A stretch of DNA of 64,000 nt, taken from positions 160,001 through 224,000 of the forward strand of contig CAWCTR010000017.1 in NCBI GenBank assembly GCA_963798485.1, given 5' to 3'. The notes under the pieces were generated by a model. The model was not told the origin of the DNA and ran no database searches. It saw only the letters and a list, made by a program, of their open reading frames with translations. The translations under genes and the position numbers were made by a program. Positions 59,680 through 64,000 of this stretch are shown piece after piece. Position 1 is the stretch's first letter. The number at the start of each line of letters is the position of its first letter. The stretch is from an uncultured delta proteobacterium. Lineage in GTDB: Bacteria > Desulfobacterota > Desulfomonilia > UBA1062.

Positions 59680-60654
59680 TCATCGTTTGATCTTCCCCGG
59701 CAGGATGTAGGGATACGACCTGTTGAGGATGTATGTCTTGATGATGCGGTCCAACCTCCTGAGCGCTAGAAAGAGCCTCCAGATAAAGGCATCCTCGCGA
59801 TAGTACGATTTTACCTCTTTCTCGGTAATAGGATTGATTGTGAGGTCGGATGCCTCGTGAACAAAGAAGGAGTTTGCCGCATCTATGAAATCCCTGATGA
59901 GATCGGGCCGCTGTTCCTTGTACAGGTTCGCAATAAGGTCCACTACCACGAGATGGAAATCATAATACCTGTCCAGGATGCCCTGAAGGAAAAAGGCCCT
60001 GATGAGCCACACCAGGAATGACGGTGCGCTTCGCAGGAAGAGGTCGGTCTCGATCTGCTCCTTCCCGCTGATCCGGATGAGCGGTGTGCTTGTGTCAATA
60101 TAATAGAGTTCCGCCTCTTGTGTGACAGAAGGGTTGGCAGGATACAAGTCCTTCAGCGCCCAGTTGGAGAGCTGGCCGTCAAGCCCCATGAGTGTTTCAC
60201 TGCTGTTTGCGTTGAATCTCCACACCTTCAGCAGATGCCCGAGGATTACGAGAAAGAGCGTCTTTAAGGAGGCGTTATCGAGCCTGCCCAGCAGCCGGTG
60301 GCACAGAGACTCGGGCGGCAGCTTTTGCTGGATGATGTAGACGACCATATTCCCGGTTTTCGGATATATCCTCGCTGTCGAATATTCAGGCACCATGATG
60401 CCGATCTCTTCACTCAGGAGCTTGTTATATCGTATGAACAGGGCCTCGTACCGTTCCATCTCATCCATGCTCAGGAATATGGGCATACGCTTAAAGGCCA
60501 GGCCCTGCTGGTTCTCATGGAGGATTTCAAAGATGGTGCTTATCTCCCCATAACCGAGGATCCTGGCCGGGATCAGGCTTTTTCCCGGGGCCTTGGGATT
60601 CAGGCCGTGCTCGAAACGGTTGAGAAGATCGATATCTATGCCCTTTACGTTTAT
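59680..60654 (-). CDS. Conserved hypothetical protein (DUF6206-like), probable non-AUG start
   Basis: Frame stays open 56 codons upstream of ATG 60486 (IPARILGYGEISTIF), reaching ATA 60654 behind AAGGGGG. Confidence 0.7.
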   Translation of the reverse strand: MNVKGIDIDLLNRFEHGLNPKAPGKSLIPARILGYGEISTIFEILHENQQGLAFKRMPIFLSMDEMERYEALFIRYNKLLSEEIGIMVPEYSTARIYPKTGNMVVYIIQQKLPPESLCHRLLGRLDNASLKTLFLVILGHLLKVWRFNANSSETLMGLDGQLSNWALKDLYPANPSVTQEAELYYIDTSTPLIRISGKEQIETDLFLRSAPSFLVWLIRAFFLQGILDRYYDFHLVVVDLIANLYKEQRPDLIRDFIDAANSFFVHEASDLTINPITEKEVKSYYREDAFIWRLFLALRRLDRIIKTYILNRSYPYILPGKIKR

Positions 60655-60665
60655 GGCAACCCCCT

Positions 60666-61925
60666 TCAGGCCAGGCCAAGAAACCTTTTGGTGTCGTCAA
60701 GAGCTTTGTCCACGCGCTCGATAATCTCATAGGCCAGTTCATCATCGATGATGAGCGGGGGCAGGAGCTGGCTTATCCGGGTGTCGTTGTTGGCGTAGAT
60801 GCTCAGGATGCCGTTGTCGTAGCATGCCTTGGTCATGATGGGACCGCAGAGATCGTTGACCATCTCGATTCCCATCATGAGGCCGAGCTGGCGCAGGCCC
60901 ACAAGGATCTCGGGGTGCCTCTTCCTTAAGTTTATGAATTCCCGGGTAAAGATTCCGGCAAGGCTCTGTACGTGACGGAGAAATTCGCTCCGGGACGACT
61001 CTTCGAGCACGGCCAGCGCCACCGGAGCGCCCACCTCGGCCCCGCCGAAGGTGGAGACATGGATGAAGGGGTTCTGGGAGAAGAATGTCTCCAGCTCTTC
61101 CCTAAAGCAGGTGGCGCTCATGGGGTATATTCCCCCGGACAGGCCTTTGCCGATGACGATGATATCGGGGACTACGCCATAATGCTCAATACCCCAGAGC
61201 ATGCCGGTGCGGCCAAGGCCTGTCTGGACCTCGTCCAGGATGAGGAGCGCGCCGTTTTCCCTGCACAGTTCCTTAACCACGCTGTAGTAATCCGCATCAG
61301 GGATCGGCATGCCCAGTGTCGCCGGAATGGTCTCGAAGATGACGGCAGCCGTATCATGGTCAATGGCGGACCTGATGGCAGCCTTGTCATTGAAGGGCAC
61401 CTGGACGAAGCCCTGGGGTTGCGGCCCGAACGGTGATCGGTATTTCTCGTCTCCTGTAGCCAGTGCGAGCCCGGTATGTCCGTGGTAGCCGCCTTTGGCC
61501 GAGATGATCTTGTGCCTGCCTGTGTACCCCCTGGCGAGCTTTATGGCCAGGTCCACGGCCTCTCCGCCGGACACGCCGAATACGGTGCGGGAGATGTCGC
61601 CGGGCATGAGCCTGGCGAGCCTTTCAGCAAGCAGTGACCGCTGTTCGCTTATGAGATGGTGGTTGCCGATGTCGAGCTCATCGAGACTATCCTTGAGGAC
61701 CTGTACCATCTTCGGGTTTCTGTGTCCCAGGTTGAAGACCCCGCCGTTGCAGTGGCAGTTGATGAGTCTCCTGGCGCCGGCGGCATCCCAGACATAGGGG
61801 CCTTCCCGCCTGCCGAAGACAAAGTCGATGCCCACACCGGTGAAGAAGGCGGCCTTGCCGCTGGAGACATGCGCAGAAAAGCGCTCAATGATAGCCTCTT
61901 TCGTATCAATGCCGGAAAAGTTCAT
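60666..61925 (-). CDS. Class III PLP-dependent aminotransferase
   Basis: SGGEAV, GYHG, LILDEVQTGLGRTG, GKGLSGG, STFGG. Confidence 0.95.
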   Translation of the reverse strand: MNFSGIDTKEAIIERFSAHVSSGKAAFFTGVGIDFVFGRREGPYVWDAAGARRLINCHCNGGVFNLGHRNPKMVQVLKDSLDELDIGNHHLISEQRSLLAERLARLMPGDISRTVFGVSGGEAVDLAIKLARGYTGRHKIISAKGGYHGHTGLALATGDEKYRSPFGPQPQGFVQVPFNDKAAIRSAIDHDTAAVIFETIPATLGMPIPDADYYSVVKELCRENGALLILDEVQTGLGRTGMLWGIEHYGVVPDIIVIGKGLSGGIYPMSATCFREELETFFSQNPFIHVSTFGGAEVGAPVALAVLEESSRSEFLRHVQSLAGIFTREFINLRKRHPEILVGLRQLGLMMGIEMVNDLCGPIMTKACYDNGILSIYANNDTRISQLLPPLIIDDELAYEIIERVDKALDDTKRFLGLA

Positions 61926-61958
61926 TGCATACCCTAAAAGCCTTTCAAAGATGGCTTT

Positions 61959-63656
61959 TTACTCGCTCAGCCACAGCCTGGTCGTGGCGGACTCGACCAT
62001 GATCTTCTCCTTTGCCGCAAGGTAGGTCTTGAATCCACCGCTCAAGTTCCTCGACCTGAAGCCGTTTTGTACCAGGATGCGATGCGCGATATAGCCGCGC
62101 AATCCTGCTGCGCAAAACGGTATGTATATCTTGTCCCGATCGAGCCCCTCGATCCTGTCGCGCAGATGGTGCAGGGGGATGTGCACGGCCCCCTCGATCC
62201 TGCCGGATATCTCCAGCTCATCCATGTTGCGCAGATCGATGAGGACATGTCTGTTCATGTCCAGCGAGCCGAGCTCGTCCCAGTGGACCACCTCCATGTC
62301 CCCATTGAGGATGTTTGAGGCCACGAAGCCTGCAACATTCACCGGGTCCTTGGCAGAGGAGTAGGGCGGCGCATAGGCGAGCTCGAGTTCCTCCAAGTCG
62401 TTTATTGTCATGTGCGAGCGGATTGCGGTGGCGATGACATCAATGCGTTTGTCAACACCGTCCTTGCCGATGATCTGGCCCCCCAGGATCTTGCCGTCTG
62501 AGGGCGAGAAGAGCAGCTTGATGGACATGACCTCTGCCCCAGGATAGTACGAGGCATGGGAGCCGGAGTGGGTGTAGCTCTTGAGATAAGGGATGTTGCC
62601 GGTTTTGAGCTGCTTCTCGTTGGCGCCGGTTGCGGCAACGGTGAGATCGAACACCTTCACCACCGATGTGCCCAGTGTCCCCCGGAAGATGGATTTTCTT
62701 CCGAGCGCGTTGTCCGCTGCTATGCGGGCCTGCTTGTTCGCCGGTCCTGCAAGGGCGGTGGCGGTATGCGCGCCTGTCATAAAGTCTTTGATGCACACGG
62801 CGTCACCCACGGCGTAGATATTCGCATCCGAACTCAGCATGGCGGCATTGACCAGGATGTGTCCATGTTCGCAGAGCTCAAGACCTGCCTCGCGGGCAAG
62901 CTTGTTCTCGGGTGATATCCCTACGGACATGATGACCATATCACAGACAAGGGTATTCCCCTGGTTGGTCGTGATGAGGAGCTGTTTTGATTGTCCGGAT
63001 ATGGATTTCAGGCCGTCGGAGAAGACCAGAGACACTCCCCTGGCCTTCAAATGGGCATGGACAAGGGAGGCCATCTCATAATCGAGCGGTGCCATGACCT
63101 GGTCTTGCATCTCGATGATGGTGGTGGCAACCCCCCTGTCCATCAGGTTTTCCGCCATCTCGATGCCGATGAACCCGCCGCCCACCACCACGGCGCTTTT
63201 TGGTTTTTCTGTGTCTACGAAGCCCCTGATCCGCTCGGAATCGGGTATGGAGCGCAGACTGAAGACCCTATCGCGCTCAATGCCTTCGAGATGAGGCTTT
63301 ATGGGTTCTGCGCCCGGAGACAGGATGATCTTGTCATAACCCATGGTATAGGTATTGCCGGCCGGGTGCTGCCTGACAAGAACCATCTTATTTTGCCGGT
63401 CAATGGCAGTTACCTCGCTCATTAGCCTCACATCGATGCGGTACCTGTCTCTGAATACCTCAGGTGTGGTCATGAGCAGATTATCACGGCTTTCGATGAC
63501 ATGCCCGATGTAGTAGGGAAGCCCGCAGTTGGCAAAAGATATGTATCCGCCCCGTTCGAAAAGCACGATCTGTGCATTCTCATCAACCCTGCGGGCCCTG
63601 GCGGCTGCGGTTGCCCCGCCTGCAACGCCGCCAACGATTATCAGCCTGGTGCCCAT
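61959..63656 (-). CDS. CoA-disulfide reductase/NADH oxidase with rhodanese domain
   Basis: GGVAGG, SFANCGLPY, GGGFIG, LAYAPPYS, C-terminal CAAGLR. Confidence 0.93.
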   Translation of the reverse strand: MGTRLIIVGGVAGGATAAARARRVDENAQIVLFERGGYISFANCGLPYYIGHVIESRDNLLMTTPEVFRDRYRIDVRLMSEVTAIDRQNKMVLVRQHPAGNTYTMGYDKIILSPGAEPIKPHLEGIERDRVFSLRSIPDSERIRGFVDTEKPKSAVVVGGGFIGIEMAENLMDRGVATTIIEMQDQVMAPLDYEMASLVHAHLKARGVSLVFSDGLKSISGQSKQLLITTNQGNTLVCDMVIMSVGISPENKLAREAGLELCEHGHILVNAAMLSSDANIYAVGDAVCIKDFMTGAHTATALAGPANKQARIAADNALGRKSIFRGTLGTSVVKVFDLTVAATGANEKQLKTGNIPYLKSYTHSGSHASYYPGAEVMSIKLLFSPSDGKILGGQIIGKDGVDKRIDVIATAIRSHMTINDLEELELAYAPPYSSAKDPVNVAGFVASNILNGDMEVVHWDELGSLDMNRHVLIDLRNMDELEISGRIEGAVHIPLHHLRDRIEGLDRDKIYIPFCAAGLRGYIAHRILVQNGFRSRNLSGGFKTYLAAKEKIMVESATTRLWLSE

Positions 63657-63706
63657 AAGCAACCTCCTGGTCTGATGACGTTCCTGGGTTCTAATATAAC
63701 TATCAC

Positions 63707-64000
63707 CTATGACAACCGCAGCAGGTAAACGGCAATCCCAAAGGCCACGGCCGCGTTGAGAGAGGTCTTTATGCCCTGCATGGGTATGGCCAGGACCTTC
63801 TCGCACTGGTCCAAGATGCCCGGGTCCACCCCGCACACCTCGTTGCCCACGACAAGGACAACGGTTTTATCATCATAATCGATCGACGCCTTGTGGATAG
63901 GCCTGGAGCGGTCTCCTCCCTCGATAGCCCACAACCTCATGCCCTGCGAATGAAGCGCCTGGGCTGCTGCGCACCCGTTGAGGTAGTGGGTCCAGCTTAT
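63707..64000 (-). CDS. TrmH/SpoU RNA methyltransferase (5' end outside the window)
   Basis: VGNEVCGV, IPMQGIKTSLNAAVA. Confidence 0.88.
   Translation of the reverse strand: MSWTHYLNGCAAAQALHSQGMRLWAIEGGDRSRPIHKASIDYDDKTVVLVVGNEVCGVDPGILDQCEKVLAIPMQGIKTSLNAAVAFGIAVYLLRLS

Noticed and set aside
1643-63425. Many long antisense or overlapping ORFs in the track (e.g. 1643-2527, 35442-36419, 48698-49693, 49862-50653)
   Set aside because: They are shadows of well-supported genes in GC-rich coding sequence and have no motifs of their own.

Overview
Chromosomal segment of an anaerobic, Desulfobacterota-like bacterium (taxon inferred from gene content). It contains a sigma-54 two-component system with an EPS-export locus of the type linked to PEP-CTERM systems, housekeeping genes, several lipoprotein/beta-barrel operons and a corrinoid methyltransferase cluster. 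Two AT-rich accessory islands lie at about 26.8-31.4 kb and 53.2-59.6 kb. The main finding is that both islands hold integron gene cassettes: three attC sites whose R'' boxes match the start of their own cassettes. The cassettes are inserted at the same position of a duplicated platform, with 62/62 bp identity on one side, 30/31 bp on the other, attI-like L-5-R geometry and a candidate promoter. No integrase gene is present in the window. Both platforms sit in a family of about 118-bp non-coding repeats whose terminal 11-mer, ATCGCAG(G/T)(A/T)AT, brackets each module. This suggests dispersed, integrase-less mini-integron docking sites serviced in trans. Cargo is a DUF4238 protein, an RxxxxH (HEPN-like) protein and a membrane protein. 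Other observations: a group II intron D5/D6 relic, a full sigma-54 promoter before a PEP-CTERM gene, a DUF2520-RfaE fusion, two apparent frameshifts, a UroD-family gene remnant and a probable ATA start codon. All family assignments were made by eye from motifs; no searches were run.
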